A stretch of 64,000 bases of DNA from Candidatus Babelota bacterium (lineage in GTDB: Bacteria > Babelota > Babeliae > Babelales > CAIQNR01): assembly GCA_965658655.1 (NCBI GenBank), contig CBFHTA010000003.1, positions 52,969-116,968 on the forward strand, written 5' to 3'. Shown here piece after piece: positions 18,497 through 28,656 of this stretch. Numbering within the stretch: position 1 is the stretch's first letter; each line of letters opens with the position of its first letter. The position numbers and the translations under genes are program-made. A model generated the notes under the pieces. It was not told where the DNA came from, searched no databases, and worked only from the letters and a program-made list of their open reading frames with translations.

Positions 18497-20755
18497 ATGG
18501 AACAAAAAGAATTTTCATTTAAAGATTTTGTAAAAAATGATCTCAACCCCGAGCAACGCAAGGCGGTTAAGCATAAAAACGGTCCTCTGGTTGTTATTGC
18601 CGGTGCAGGGTCTGGAAAAACACGTGTGATTACTGCACGGATTACCCAGTTGTTATTGGAAGAAGATCTACATCCTGCTCAGTTAGTTGCGCTTACCTTT
18701 ACCAACAAAGCCGCTAACGAGATGAAAGAACGAATTATAAAGTTTGTAGGTAAAAAGTCTGGCATTCCGTTTATTGGCACATTCCACTCCTACTGCTTAT
18801 ATTTGCTCAAAACAAACACGCACTTACTGCCTTTTGATACGTTTTCTATTTTAGATGAAGATGACAAACGTTCCATTTTAAACAAACTATTAAAACAAAG
18901 TACCCTTCATAAAAAAAGCACCGCTCAGCAACTTGCTTACCAAATATCAAAAATTAAAAACGACATTGCAGACCCAACTAAAGCCAGTTTTGACTCAGTA
19001 GAAAATGTTCCTCTACGCGAAATTTTTCAAGGATACGAAAAAGAAAAAGCCGCAAGCAAATGTTTTGATTTTGACGATTTACTTATTGAAGCAACCAAAT
19101 TATTTCACAAGAACCAAGAATTAAAACTCGCACACCAAAACCAAGTTCGCCATCTTTTAGTTGACGAATATCAAGATACCAACCGCATTCAGCACGCGTT
19201 ACTCAAACATATGGGGCTCGATGAAAATAAAAAATTAGCCGTTGATTCTATTTGCGTCGTGGGTGACGAAGACCAGTCAATTTACTCATGGCGTGGTGCA
19301 ACAGTTGATAATATTATTAACTTTAAAAAAGATTTTAAGGGCAGCAAGCTCATTAAAATTGAACAAAACTATCGATCTAAACAGCCAATTCTACACGTTG
19401 CCAACACTGTTATTACTCACAATAAAAAACGTAACGCAAAAAAATTATGGTCTTCTCGCGAAGGAGCAGACTGTGTGCGCTCACTTCAATGTCTCTCTGG
19501 GTACCAAGAAGCTGACATTATTGCACGGTACTGCAAACTACTCCACTCCCATAAAAAACTTGCCTCTACAGCGATCCTTTATCGAACTCACTTTCAATCT
19601 CGGGTACTTGAAGAAGCATTATTGCGGCATGCCATTCCCTATTTAATTATTGGCGGTATTCGATTCTATGAACGAAAAGAGATTAAAGACCTGGTTGCTT
19701 ATTTACGTTTAGTCGTTAATCCATTTGACCGCGTAGCGTTTACTCGTATTGTAAATTGCCCTTCTCGTGGCCTAGGTGATAAATTCTTAGAACAGCTCTT
19801 TGAAGCATGGGATGCAGAGCCACTTTTAAACCTGCAGCAAATTGGTGGAAAAGTTATTACAGAAAAATTATTTCCGCCGGCAAAGACAGAATCCTTTCAA
19901 AGTTTTCTAGCGATTTATAATAACTTAACTGCTCAATCACCCGCTGCACAAACGCTAGCAGATGTTATTACCAAGAGTGGTTACCTTGCTTACTTGAAAA
20001 AAAGTTACGAGAAAAACGAATCAACCGAACGACAAGAAAACATTAAAGAACTTTTAAACGCTGCTCACTATTTTGCCAGTCAAGGTAAAGCAACGGTAAG
20101 TGCATTTCTTGACGAAGTCACCCTTCTACAAGAGAAAGCTGACCTTGAACAAATAAAAGAAGACGGTGTTATGCTCATGACTATTCATGCAGCAAAAGGT
20201 TTAGAATTTAACAACGTGATCATTGCAGGCCTAGAAGAAAACCTCTTCCCATCAAGCCGTTCGCTTACAACACAAGAACAACTAGAAGAAGAACGACGTC
20301 TATTTTATGTAGGTATTACTCGTGCAAAGAATAGACTTTTGTTAACACATTCTCGTTATCGACAAACGTATGGCCAAATGGAACAGCAAATTGGATCACG
20401 CTTCTTAGACGAAGTTCCGGTATCTTCATGCAAAGCTGCACAAGCACAACAATGGCAACAATACGAAGTTAATAATTTCTTCACACAATGGATTGGACTG
20501 CGTCAGGCAAACCCAGAAGTGTTTACCTTTATGCCTCGTAAAGAAACATCTAGAGATAATATTCAATCGAAACAAGCAGTTCCAAAAACAACATCTTCTA
20601 AATCGTTCTTTAAAAAACATCAGACTATAAAACATAAAAAGTTTGGCGTTGGCATTGTTAAAGAAGTGGAACAAAAGAAGTCAAAAACCTTTGTCACCGC
20701 TCATTTTAAAGTAGGTTTAAAAAAGATTGAAGCATCGTTTCTCGATGTTGTATAA
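18497..20755 (+). CDS. uvrD: UvrD/PcrA family SF1 DNA helicase
   Basis: AGAGSGKT, TFTNKAA, VDEYQD, VGDEDQSIYSWRGA, TIHAAKGLEF, EERRLFYVGITRAK. Confidence 0.96.
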   Translation: MEQKEFSFKDFVKNDLNPEQRKAVKHKNGPLVVIAGAGSGKTRVITARITQLLLEEDLHPAQLVALTFTNKAANEMKERIIKFVGKKSGIPFIGTFHSYCLYLLKTNTHLLPFDTFSILDEDDKRSILNKLLKQSTLHKKSTAQQLAYQISKIKNDIADPTKASFDSVENVPLREIFQGYEKEKAASKCFDFDDLLIEATKLFHKNQELKLAHQNQVRHLLVDEYQDTNRIQHALLKHMGLDENKKLAVDSICVVGDEDQSIYSWRGATVDNIINFKKDFKGSKLIKIEQNYRSKQPILHVANTVITHNKKRNAKKLWSSREGADCVRSLQCLSGYQEADIIARYCKLLHSHKKLASTAILYRTHFQSRVLEEALLRHAIPYLIIGGIRFYERKEIKDLVAYLRLVVNPFDRVAFTRIVNCPSRGLGDKFLEQLFEAWDAEPLLNLQQIGGKVITEKLFPPAKTESFQSFLAIYNNLTAQSPAAQTLADVITKSGYLAYLKKSYEKNESTERQENIKELLNAAHYFASQGKATVSAFLDEVTLLQEKADLEQIKEDGVMLMTIHAAKGLEFNNVIIAGLEENLFPSSRSLTTQEQLEEERRLFYVGITRAKNRLLLTHSRYRQTYGQMEQQIGSRFLDEVPVSSCKAAQAQQWQQYEVNNFFTQWIGLRQANPEVFTFMPRKETSRDNIQSKQAVPKTTSSKSFFKKHQTIKHKKFGVGIVKEVEQKKSKTFVTAHFKVGLKKIEASFLDVV

Positions 20756-20938
20756 CTAATCTTGATCTAAAAAACCAAGGTACAAGGTCCTAGTGGGATG
20801 CGGTGTATAAAAGCCATAGGCGTAGTGAATAACACACACTGAAAAAAGCAAACTTAAACAAATAGTGGCAAATACTGGAAAGTAGTTATACATTAAGCAG
20901 ACATATTTATTGTTATTTCGGCATGGTATTTTGTTCAT
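20756..20938 (-). CDS. Putative small single-pass membrane protein
   Basis: 60-aa ORF with GAAGGGA upstream of the ATG and one hydrophobic segment. Confidence 0.4.
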   Translation of the reverse strand: MNKIPCRNNNKYVCLMYNYFPVFATICLSLLFSVCVIHYAYGFYTPHPTRTLYLGFLDQD

Positions 20939-21027
20939 AGTAATCCCTTCTTCCTAACCCTTTTCCTCGTTTCGTACAAGTACTTAAGTTAGCAAAAAGC
21001 AGAAGGTAATTTCTAGAGTTTTTTATT

Positions 21028-22029
21028 TTAATAATTTAAGAACATCGCCTCTTTAACTTCTACAAGCGTTTTTTGCGTTACTTCATTAGCAACTTTTGTT
21101 CCTTCAAACAAGATTTTCATTACACCTGTTTTGTCTTTTTCGAATTCTTTTCGGCGTTCTCTCATTGGTTCTAAGAATGCATTAAGCACCTCTAGTAAAT
21201 AGTTTTTAACAACCATGTCACCAAGACCACCCTTTTGATACTGGGCTTTAAGTTCTGCAACTTTTACAGTATCAGCATCAAAAGCATCCAAGTATTCAAA
21301 TACTGTGTTACCTTCAATTTTGCCCGGATCTTCTACTCTCAAGTGATTTGGATCGGTGTACATACTTTTTACTTTTTTTGCCAATTCGTCTGGAGAATCT
21401 CCCAAGTAAATGCAATTCTTTAAAGACTTAGACATTTTTGCCTGACCATCAAGTCCTGCAAGGCGAGCTATTTTAGGAACCAAGGGCTTTGCCTCTACCA
21501 ACACATTTTTTTTATAAATTCTATTAAAAGAACGCACCACTTCATTGGTCTGTTCAATCATAGGCAATTGGTCTTCACCCACAGGAACCAGGTTTGCTTT
21601 AAACGCAGTGATATCTGCAACTTGGCTGATTGGATACGTAAAAAACCCTACAGGCAAGCTCTTTTCCATGTCCTTCTGTTTAATCTCCGCCTTTACCGTT
21701 GGATTACGTTCAAGACGAGCAACAGTAACTAAGTTCATGTAATATTGCATAAGCTCAGGTAGCGCCGGAAGCTGAGATTGTAAGAAAATGGTGGTTTTTG
21801 CAGGGTCTATGCCTACAGCCAAATAGTCACAGATAACCTCAAATACATTGTCTCTAACCTTCTCTGGATGCTCAAAATTGTCTGTCAGGGCCTGAACATC
21901 GGCAACCATTACATACTGGGTACATGAGTCCTGAAGCTTAATTCGATTGCCAAGAGAGCCTATAAAATGACCAAGATGTAATTTTCCTGTAGGTCGATCT
22001 CCAGTTAAAATAATGTCTTTTTTATCCAT
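21028..22029 (-). CDS. trpS: Tryptophan--tRNA ligase
   Basis: [34 protein letters not shown]. Start placed at MDKK after GAGG. Confidence 0.97.
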   Translation of the reverse strand: MDKKDIILTGDRPTGKLHLGHFIGSLGNRIKLQDSCTQYVMVADVQALTDNFEHPEKVRDNVFEVICDYLAVGIDPAKTTIFLQSQLPALPELMQYYMNLVTVARLERNPTVKAEIKQKDMEKSLPVGFFTYPISQVADITAFKANLVPVGEDQLPMIEQTNEVVRSFNRIYKKNVLVEAKPLVPKIARLAGLDGQAKMSKSLKNCIYLGDSPDELAKKVKSMYTDPNHLRVEDPGKIEGNTVFEYLDAFDADTVKVAELKAQYQKGGLGDMVVKNYLLEVLNAFLEPMRERRKEFEKDKTGVMKILFEGTKVANEVTQKTLVEVKEAMFLNY

Positions 22030-22122
22030 AGGGGGCCTCTTTCTAGAGTAAATAAGCTTAAAACTCAATACTACCACAAATAGAACAAAAATCTTACCCA
22101 TATTCAAAAAGCGCCTGCTGGA

Positions 22123-22303
22123 TTGACTTTTTACCCTGCTGCTTTATCCTTGATTATAGATAACTTGAGAATGGAGTAGGTCCTAAATTATACTTTTTTT
22201 ACGGCACTTTTTTAAAACCGAACTGCGGTTGCCAGGGGGACTCACTTGTTACTCAATCACCTATCCCGTAACTAAGTAAAAATTTATACTTTTAGGAACC
22301 CAT
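22123..22303 (+). promoter_or_regulatory. Candidate promoter and ~150-nt structured 5' leader of the DEAD-box helicase gene
   Basis: TTGACT-16-TATCCT; nested complementary segments ttgag/ctcaa, gtcct/gggac, ggc/gcc, aaccg/cggtt. Confidence 0.5.
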
Positions 22304-23818
22304 ATGTCAGATACTAAATGCGAAAATTTAAAGAAAACATTTGATCAGCTCGGTCTATCTACGACCACACTTGCTGCACTTAAGAAAAAAGGCTTTGAAT
22401 ACCCAACGCCTATTCAGGCACTTACCATTCCAGCTTTACTTGAAGATAAAAAAGACATTGTAGGCCAAGCTCAAACCGGAACTGGGAAAACAGCAGCTTT
22501 TGGTTTACCATTAATCGATATGCTTTCAGAAAAAGCTGATGGAGTGAAGGCGATCATTCTTGCTCCAACACGTGAGCTCGCGATTCAAGTCGCAACAGAA
22601 CTTGATTCTTTAAAAGGATCTAAAAAATTAAACGTGCTTCCAGTATATGGTGGTCAGTCTATTACCGTACAACTTCAAAAATTACGTAAACAGGTAGACA
22701 TTGTAGTAGGAACTCCTGGTCGTGTAATTGATCATATTGAACGCGGTACACTTAAACTTAACAGTGTAACCAATGTAGTTCTTGATGAAGCAGATGAAAT
22801 GCTTAACATGGGTTTTGCTCAAGACGTTAAAGCAATTTTAGACCACACACCAAAAGGCAAACGTGTGGTACTTTTCTCTGCAACTATGGCTCCAGAAATT
22901 TTAAAAATCGCTAAAAAACACATGGGCGATTACGAAATATTAAAAGTGGCACAAACTCAAATTACTTGTAATGCCATTGAGCAAGTTTACTACGAAGTTT
23001 CTCCTCGTCAGCGTTTTAATGCATTATGCAGAATTATTGATAGTGAAGAGCCTTTTTATGGATTAGTATTCTGCCGTACTAAACGAGACACAGAAACTGT
23101 TGCTCGTAAACTTTCTGAGTTTGGATACCATGCCGATGCACTTAATGGTGACATGTCTCAAAGTGCTCGTGAAAAAATCTTAGCTAAGTTTAAAAAACGT
23201 CAGATTTCTATTTTGGTTGCTACAGATGTTGCTGCTCGTGGTATTGACGTTCAAAATGTTTCTCATGTAGTAAACTACGCATTGCCAGAAGAACCAGAAG
23301 CATACGTTCATCGTATTGGTAGAACTGGACGTGCAGGAAAAACAGGAAAAGCTATCTCTTTTGCTGGCGGAGGTGACCGTAGAAAACTTCAAATGATTGA
23401 ACGCAAAACAAAAGGCAAGATTAAACTAGTAGAACTGCCAACAGCAGAAGATATTATTGCCAACAAAAAAGACAACATGATCAATCAGATTAAAACAAGC
23501 TTAGAGAAAAACCCTCAAGAATATTACGTAAGCATTGCAAAACAATTACTCGAAGAAAAAGACGCAGAAGCAATTATTGCGATTCTTTTAAAACGTACGT
23601 TTGCAAGCAAGCTAGATCCTAAACGTTACACCATGGAAGAAGAGAAAGCTCCAAAAAGTAGCGGCGAACGCAGCTCTCGTGGTGGCGGACGTCCAAGACG
23701 TCGTTCCAATAGCGACAGAGATTCAGGTGGACGAAGAAGAAATTCAGATGGTGGTGGTTCTGGTAGAGGAAGAAAACGCTCTGGCGGATTTTCTCGAGGT
23801 AGAAAAAGAAGCTCATAA
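22304..23818 (+). CDS. deaD: DEAD-box RNA helicase (DeaD/CshA-like) with RG/RS-rich tail
   Basis: Q motif, AQTGTGKT, PTRELA, TPGR, DEAD, SAT, ARGID, HRIGRTGR. Confidence 0.93.
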   Translation: MSDTKCENLKKTFDQLGLSTTTLAALKKKGFEYPTPIQALTIPALLEDKKDIVGQAQTGTGKTAAFGLPLIDMLSEKADGVKAIILAPTRELAIQVATELDSLKGSKKLNVLPVYGGQSITVQLQKLRKQVDIVVGTPGRVIDHIERGTLKLNSVTNVVLDEADEMLNMGFAQDVKAILDHTPKGKRVVLFSATMAPEILKIAKKHMGDYEILKVAQTQITCNAIEQVYYEVSPRQRFNALCRIIDSEEPFYGLVFCRTKRDTETVARKLSEFGYHADALNGDMSQSAREKILAKFKKRQISILVATDVAARGIDVQNVSHVVNYALPEEPEAYVHRIGRTGRAGKTGKAISFAGGGDRRKLQMIERKTKGKIKLVELPTAEDIIANKKDNMINQIKTSLEKNPQEYYVSIAKQLLEEKDAEAIIAILLKRTFASKLDPKRYTMEEEKAPKSSGERSSRGGGRPRRRSNSDRDSGGRRRNSDGGGSGRGRKRSGGFSRGRKRSS

Positions 23819-23832
23819 AATCTAAAGTAAAA

Positions 23833-23886
23833 TTAGTAAAAAAAAGACATCTTGAACATTTATTCAAGATGTCTTTTTTTTACTAA
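23833..23886. terminator. Bidirectional terminator, perfect 24-bp inverted repeat
   Basis: ttagtaaaaaaaagacatcttgaa-cattta-ttcaagatgtcttttttttactaa. Confidence 0.88.
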
Positions 23887-23897
23887 AACTAATGTAA

Positions 23898-24329
23898 TTA
23901 TTTTACAGCAGGCACAGGAGAACGCAGAGAAGAGCGACTAGCAGGAGAAAAAGATGTAGGTCCACATGGTGAACCAGCATTAGTCGGTGTTTTAAATCCA
24001 TCAATCTTTTTCATAGAAAAACCATTTCCATGAGCAACTTCTTCTAACACTGCCTTTTGCAACGCTTCAGGCAAAGATTTAAGACAATCAAATATAGTAG
24101 CCTTTACCTTTATTTTTTTTTCATTTTCTACACTCATCTCCCAAGCTCTATATGCATCTTCTTGACTTTGCATAGGTCCGGGACCACCAAGCCAATCATC
24201 AGTTCCTACACAACAACCGCTACCAGCAGTTGTTCTATCATAATTTTCATAGTCAACATTAGCTGGAACAGCAGCGCTTAAATTTTGAGTCAGTGAACTT
24301 ACTAAAAAAAGAACAATAAATTTTTTCAT
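23898..24329 (-). CDS. Secreted hypothetical protein
   Basis: MKKF-hydrophobic-LSA signal peptide. Confidence 0.7.
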   Translation of the reverse strand: MKKFIVLFLVSSLTQNLSAAVPANVDYENYDRTTAGSGCCVGTDDWLGGPGPMQSQEDAYRAWEMSVENEKKIKVKATIFDCLKSLPEALQKAVLEEVAHGNGFSMKKIDGFKTPTNAGSPCGPTSFSPASRSSLRSPVPAVK

Positions 24330-24489
24330 TTTTTCCCACATTGTTATAACTTAAATTACCAATACGGGGTTTTATCGTACACAGCTTTTATCCTTTTGTA
24401 CAGCACATTTCTACCAATCATTGCTCTGCAAAGATGAGTGCGCTATTCTTAAAAAGAATGTTTAGTAATTTAAAAAAGGAGATACAAAT

Positions 24490-25326
24490 ATGTTCAACTC
24501 ACCCTTCTGGTGGAATTGGTATATCTTCCGATGGCAAGACATTATAGAAATTTTAGCGTTCTCAGGAGGTATCCTATACCTTTCTCTCTGGCTTAGGAGA
24601 GACACTTCAACACCATTGCTTGGTATTTTCTATGGATACTGCACTATCTTTTTATCCGCTTACTATTTTGAACTTTTCACACTGAGCACTGCACTCTTAA
24701 CCTTTGCTCCCATTACCGTTGCTGTTTGCTTAATGCTCCATCAATCAACACTACAAAAAAATTTTATTGCTCTTCATGCCATTACCTCAACAGAAGATAC
24801 ATCCGACTGGGTAGATTTAGTTATCCGCTCAGCACTCGTTTCACTTGGAGAAAACAAACCGGTTACTGCTATCATTGAGAAAACTCAAGCATTAGACACG
24901 CTACTTACGTCTATATACCCTTTTGACTGCCAATTCTCTGAAGGACTTTTCCAAGTTTTAATACATAGTAAAACATTCTCTTCAGACAACATGCTTTGGA
25001 TAACCAACGCAGGAAAATTGCGAGCAATAAACAGCAAATGGAAAAAAAGCTCAGTGGATGAATGGCTTGCTCAAGAAGTAAAAGAGCAAGAACAATGGCT
25101 CCAAGATGCACTTTTTTTTACCACTAGAACAGATGCCTTATTCTTTAAACTGAACCCCAAAACAAGAACGTTTACACTTGTTGCTCAAGGTAAAATTTTA
25201 CAACACGCTTCTGCCCACGCTGCTTTACGAATGATAAAAAAATATCTTGGATTAAACGCTCAAGAGAAGGAAAACGATTATGCTCATCTCGAAAAAACCA
25301 CATCTTCTGAACACACTCTCTCTTAG
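24490..25326 (+). CDS. CdaA/DacA-like membrane protein (3 TM + DisA_N/DAC fold) with degenerate active site
   Basis: DIIEIL..3 TM..HQSTLQK (cf. FQPELRR), AIIEK (cf. IVIER), RTDA (cf. TDA), AQGKI; upstream of a cdaR-like gene and glmM. Confidence 0.8.
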   Translation: MFNSPFWWNWYIFRWQDIIEILAFSGGILYLSLWLRRDTSTPLLGIFYGYCTIFLSAYYFELFTLSTALLTFAPITVAVCLMLHQSTLQKNFIALHAITSTEDTSDWVDLVIRSALVSLGENKPVTAIIEKTQALDTLLTSIYPFDCQFSEGLFQVLIHSKTFSSDNMLWITNAGKLRAINSKWKKSSVDEWLAQEVKEQEQWLQDALFFTTRTDALFFKLNPKTRTFTLVAQGKILQHASAHAALRMIKKYLGLNAQEKENDYAHLEKTTSSEHTLS

Positions 25327-25648
25327 TATAGTATCTTTAATTTTAGGATACTCGTTATGGCAAGCAATGAGCCAACCGTATACATTACATACCGTAATCA
25401 CTGTACCTATCTCATTTTACAATACAGAAAATTTAGCAATTGTAGCACCAGAGACAATCTCTTTACGCTTACAAGGTACACGCACAGATTTATATAAAAC
25501 AATTTCAAACCTTGCACTTCATTACGATGCAGCACAACTAGAGACAGGAACACACACGCTTAAAGTTACCCACGAAAATTTATTTTTACCTGACTCTGTC
25601 CTCTTGCTACACTATTTGCCAATAGAAGTCACAGTTACCAAAACATAA
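25280..25648 (+). CDS. CdaR/YbbR-like protein (single TM plus one YbbR-like domain)
   Basis: SIVSLILGYSLW TM, VPISFYN, PETISLRLQG; position between cdaA-like gene and glmM. Confidence 0.75.
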   Translation: MLISKKPHLLNTLSLSIVSLILGYSLWQAMSQPYTLHTVITVPISFYNTENLAIVAPETISLRLQGTRTDLYKTISNLALHYDAAQLETGTHTLKVTHENLFLPDSVLLLHYLPIEVTVTKT

Positions 25649-25660
25649 ATAAGGAACGTA

Positions 25661-26974
25661 ATGCACGCAACATTGTTTGGCACCGACGGTATAAGAAAAA
25701 CCATGGGACAAGAACCCTTGACCACTTCAAGTCTTATGAAGCTAGGTAACGCCATTGGCTATTGGATGACACATCATAATAAAACAAAGGTTGCCATTGC
25801 ACACGACACTCGTCTTTCCTGTCCACTGATAAAAGCAGCTCTTAAAAGTGGACTTTTGCTCTATCCTCTAGAAATTTCTGACTTGCACATACTCCCTACT
25901 CCTGCACTTTTTACTACGATTGAAAAAGGCATTGCAGATGTAGGAATTATGATCACCGCTTCTCATAATCAACATAAAGATAATGGGCTCAAAATTTTTA
26001 CACAAGAAACAGGAAAAACCACATTAATGCAAGAAAAAGAACTCTCTAAACTCTTTTACACATTACCTTCTTTAGTTTCTTCTTATGAGCATATTGGCAG
26101 CGAAACACAACCCTCCAATCCATCTATTGCATATCAAGAAAAACTATTACAGTATTTTGAAAAAAACTTTTTAAAAAACAGAACCATAGTACTCGATTGT
26201 GCTCACGGTGCCTACTTTAAACTTGCTCCTACATTGCTTAGAGTTTTGGGTGCAAAAGTTATTACTCTTTCAGATAAACCAACTGGCAAAAACATTAATT
26301 TAAACTGCGGATCACAATATCCTGAACAACTACAAAAGACAGTACTCAAACACAAAGCAGACTTAGGCTTTGCATTTGATGGAGACGGAGATCGTGTAGT
26401 GATGGTAGATGACAAAGGAAAACTCTACAATGGAGATCATATTTTAGCTTTGTTGCTCAATAATCCTACATACAAAGACCAAACAACCATTGTAAGTACC
26501 ATCATGGCAAATCAAGGGCTAGATAATCATCTTGCACAACAAAATAAAACATTAGAACGCACTGCTGTTGGAGACAAAAACGTACTCAAACGTATGCAAG
26601 AACTTAACTGTTTAGTGGGAGGAGAACCGTCTGGACACATTATCTTACGAGACTTCAACCAAACTTCTGACGGTCTTTTTACCGCACTCAGACTAGCAGA
26701 AACTGTTATAAACTCACCTCTTGAAACGTTTAAAAATTATCCACAAGTGCTCATCAATGTTCCCATTGAACTCAAAAAAGACTTATCCCTCAATCCCTAC
26801 GCAGCCATTATAAAAAAACACCAACAACAGTTAGTTGATGGAAGACTTATTGTTAGATATTCGGGAACAGAACCAATATTACGTGTTATGATAGAAGACC
26901 AAACCAAAGAGCATGCACAAAACATTGGTGCACTTTTATCGCAAGAATTAACCGCAACTCTTGCCCAGGAATGA
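25661..26974 (+). CDS. glmM: Phosphoglucosamine mutase
   Basis: LFGTDGIR, ITASHN phosphoserine loop, DGDGDR, GGEPSGH, RYSGTEP. Confidence 0.95.
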   Translation: MHATLFGTDGIRKTMGQEPLTTSSLMKLGNAIGYWMTHHNKTKVAIAHDTRLSCPLIKAALKSGLLLYPLEISDLHILPTPALFTTIEKGIADVGIMITASHNQHKDNGLKIFTQETGKTTLMQEKELSKLFYTLPSLVSSYEHIGSETQPSNPSIAYQEKLLQYFEKNFLKNRTIVLDCAHGAYFKLAPTLLRVLGAKVITLSDKPTGKNINLNCGSQYPEQLQKTVLKHKADLGFAFDGDGDRVVMVDDKGKLYNGDHILALLLNNPTYKDQTTIVSTIMANQGLDNHLAQQNKTLERTAVGDKNVLKRMQELNCLVGGEPSGHIILRDFNQTSDGLFTALRLAETVINSPLETFKNYPQVLINVPIELKKDLSLNPYAAIIKKHQQQLVDGRLIVRYSGTEPILRVMIEDQTKEHAQNIGALLSQELTATLAQE

Positions 26975-27603
26975 AAATGAAAAAAACATCTTTTTTTGAA
27001 ACAATATACAATTTGATAAAATCATTTTTTATCAATGGGTTGTTAACTCTGCTCCCTATTGTCATAACCCTTAGTTTCTTTTCGTTTACTTTTAGAATTA
27101 TTAAAGCTTGGCTTGCTCCATTACAAAAGCTTGATATACCCTATATCAATTTGATTCCTCATGGCGAAATTATACTTGTGGTTGTAGCTATTTTTACTGC
27201 CGGCATAGTTTTGCGATCTTTCATTGTTCAATCAGTTGTTAGTTTATTTGAGTTAGTACTCTCAAACGTTCCAATCATCTATCCAGTCTACAATGGTGTA
27301 AAGCAACTACTACATGCTTTTTCCCCAAGTGGAAAAGAAACATTTAAGCAAGTAGTGTTGGTTGAATTCCCATTGAAAGGAACCTACTGTTTAGGATTTT
27401 TAACAAGCGAACTTAAAACAGAATTATCTCCAAATAAAAAGGAGCCGTTTTACAATATTTTTGTACCAACGACTCCAAATCCTACTACCGGTTATTTTGT
27501 GATAGTCCCCGCTCAAAACTTTACTCCTGTTGACTTAACAACCGAAGAAGCAATGGCACTTATTATTTCTGGCGGCATTATTCAACCGGATAGATTTAAA
27601 TAA
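26971..27603 (+). CDS. DUF502 family membrane protein
   Basis: GLLTLLPIVIT, FKQVVLVEFP, FVPTTPNPTTGY, IISGG. Confidence 0.88.
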   Translation: MKMKKTSFFETIYNLIKSFFINGLLTLLPIVITLSFFSFTFRIIKAWLAPLQKLDIPYINLIPHGEIILVVVAIFTAGIVLRSFIVQSVVSLFELVLSNVPIIYPVYNGVKQLLHAFSPSGKETFKQVVLVEFPLKGTYCLGFLTSELKTELSPNKKEPFYNIFVPTTPNPTTGYFVIVPAQNFTPVDLTTEEAMALIISGGIIQPDRFK

Positions 27604-27607
27604 AAGA

Positions 27608-28054
27608 CTAAACTTTTAAAGCACGATTAGATTGCCCGGAAATACCTGAACGACTACTTTGATTATAATCAGTTCTTTGTACACGAGTATGAAGTTTGTG
27701 CTTAGGAAGTTTTTTAGATCTTCTTTTTTCTTCAAGTTTTGCTGCTTCTTCTGCTAGTTTAGCAAAATCAAAAGGAATTTTTTCTTCTCTTAAATCTCGA
27801 AACGATTCATCGATAAAATTGCTCCCATCTAAAACCCCTAAAAATCCACCTGCTCGTGGAGTAGAAGGCTCTTCCTCTTTTGCTACAGATGATTTCACAT
27901 ATCCATTTCTAGAAGCTCTTACTCGTCGTCCCTGAACTATTCGCGGTTTACCATACATTTTAAAAAGTCTATCTTGTACCTTTTTTTCTTCTTCCCCTGC
28001 TTGAATGCCCATAATCGTAAGTAATAAAATACTTAACACTTTCTGGTTAATCAC
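27608..28054 (-). CDS. Secreted hypothetical protein
   Basis: GTG start with AAGGAAGG RBS; hydrophobic segment ending IQA. Confidence 0.65.
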   Translation of the reverse strand: MINQKVLSILLLTIMGIQAGEEEKKVQDRLFKMYGKPRIVQGRRVRASRNGYVKSSVAKEEEPSTPRAGGFLGVLDGSNFIDESFRDLREEKIPFDFAKLAEEAAKLEEKRRSKKLPKHKLHTRVQRTDYNQSSRSGISGQSNRALKV

Positions 28055-28221
28055 TAATGCCTTCCTTATTGTTTATTATACAAATTGATCACACTTTTTT
28101 TGCGTTTTTTTCTTCTTGGTAATTTGTATCACTATTTAATTTATCATTCCTTGAATCTCACTCAAAGTACTCTACAAACAACAAAAACTATGTCCTTGTT
28201 CACCTTATTTTCTTTTAGTAG

Positions 28222-28509
28222 CTATTTTTCTTTTTTCCCTCTTTTTTTCCTTGCAGCTTCTGCAGAAGCTGCAATTGCCGCCTCTCTTTGTGCAACTCGA
28301 GTCCCCTTTTTACCCAGTTGATAAAACCTTTGTTTCGCTTCAAGATCATCTAGATCTAGCAATACAGGTTTCTTACTTTGATTTACTAAATCTCGCCACT
28401 CTTTTTTTTCTTGTTTAGAAGCACCTTTGGGTGGTTTTTTCCCCTTTGGACAAAATACAGTGGTCGTTGCTGCAATTAATAAAACAGAAAATAATAATTT
28501 TTTATTCAT
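28222..28509 (-). CDS. Secreted, very basic hypothetical protein
   Basis: AAGGTGAG RBS; MNKK-hydrophobic-VFC; Lys-rich mature part. Confidence 0.65.
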   Translation of the reverse strand: MNKKLLFSVLLIAATTTVFCPKGKKPPKGASKQEKKEWRDLVNQSKKPVLLDLDDLEAKQRFYQLGKKGTRVAQREAAIAASAEAARKKRGKKEK

Positions 28510-28603
28510 ATAATTAACTCACCTTATAAAAATTATCACATAGAATTAATAAGGCATTAAATGTACCATTATAAGCAAAAAAAACAAATGACTTTTCTGT
28601 AAT

Positions 28604-28632
28604 AAAAAAGAGGCTTTTGTTACAAAGCCTCT
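28604..28632 (-). terminator. Intrinsic terminator
   Basis: agaggcttt...aaagcctct hairpin with T tract on the minus strand. Confidence 0.7.
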
Positions 28633-28656
28633 CTAAAAATTTGTTAATGTTTTTAA

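Noticed and set aside
28085..28215. Possible decayed fourth secreted gene on the minus strand (AAGGTG AAC AAG...), and the 78-aa plus-strand ORF
   Set aside because: Stops after 13 codons with no convincing similarity; the plus-strand ORF overlaps a better gene.
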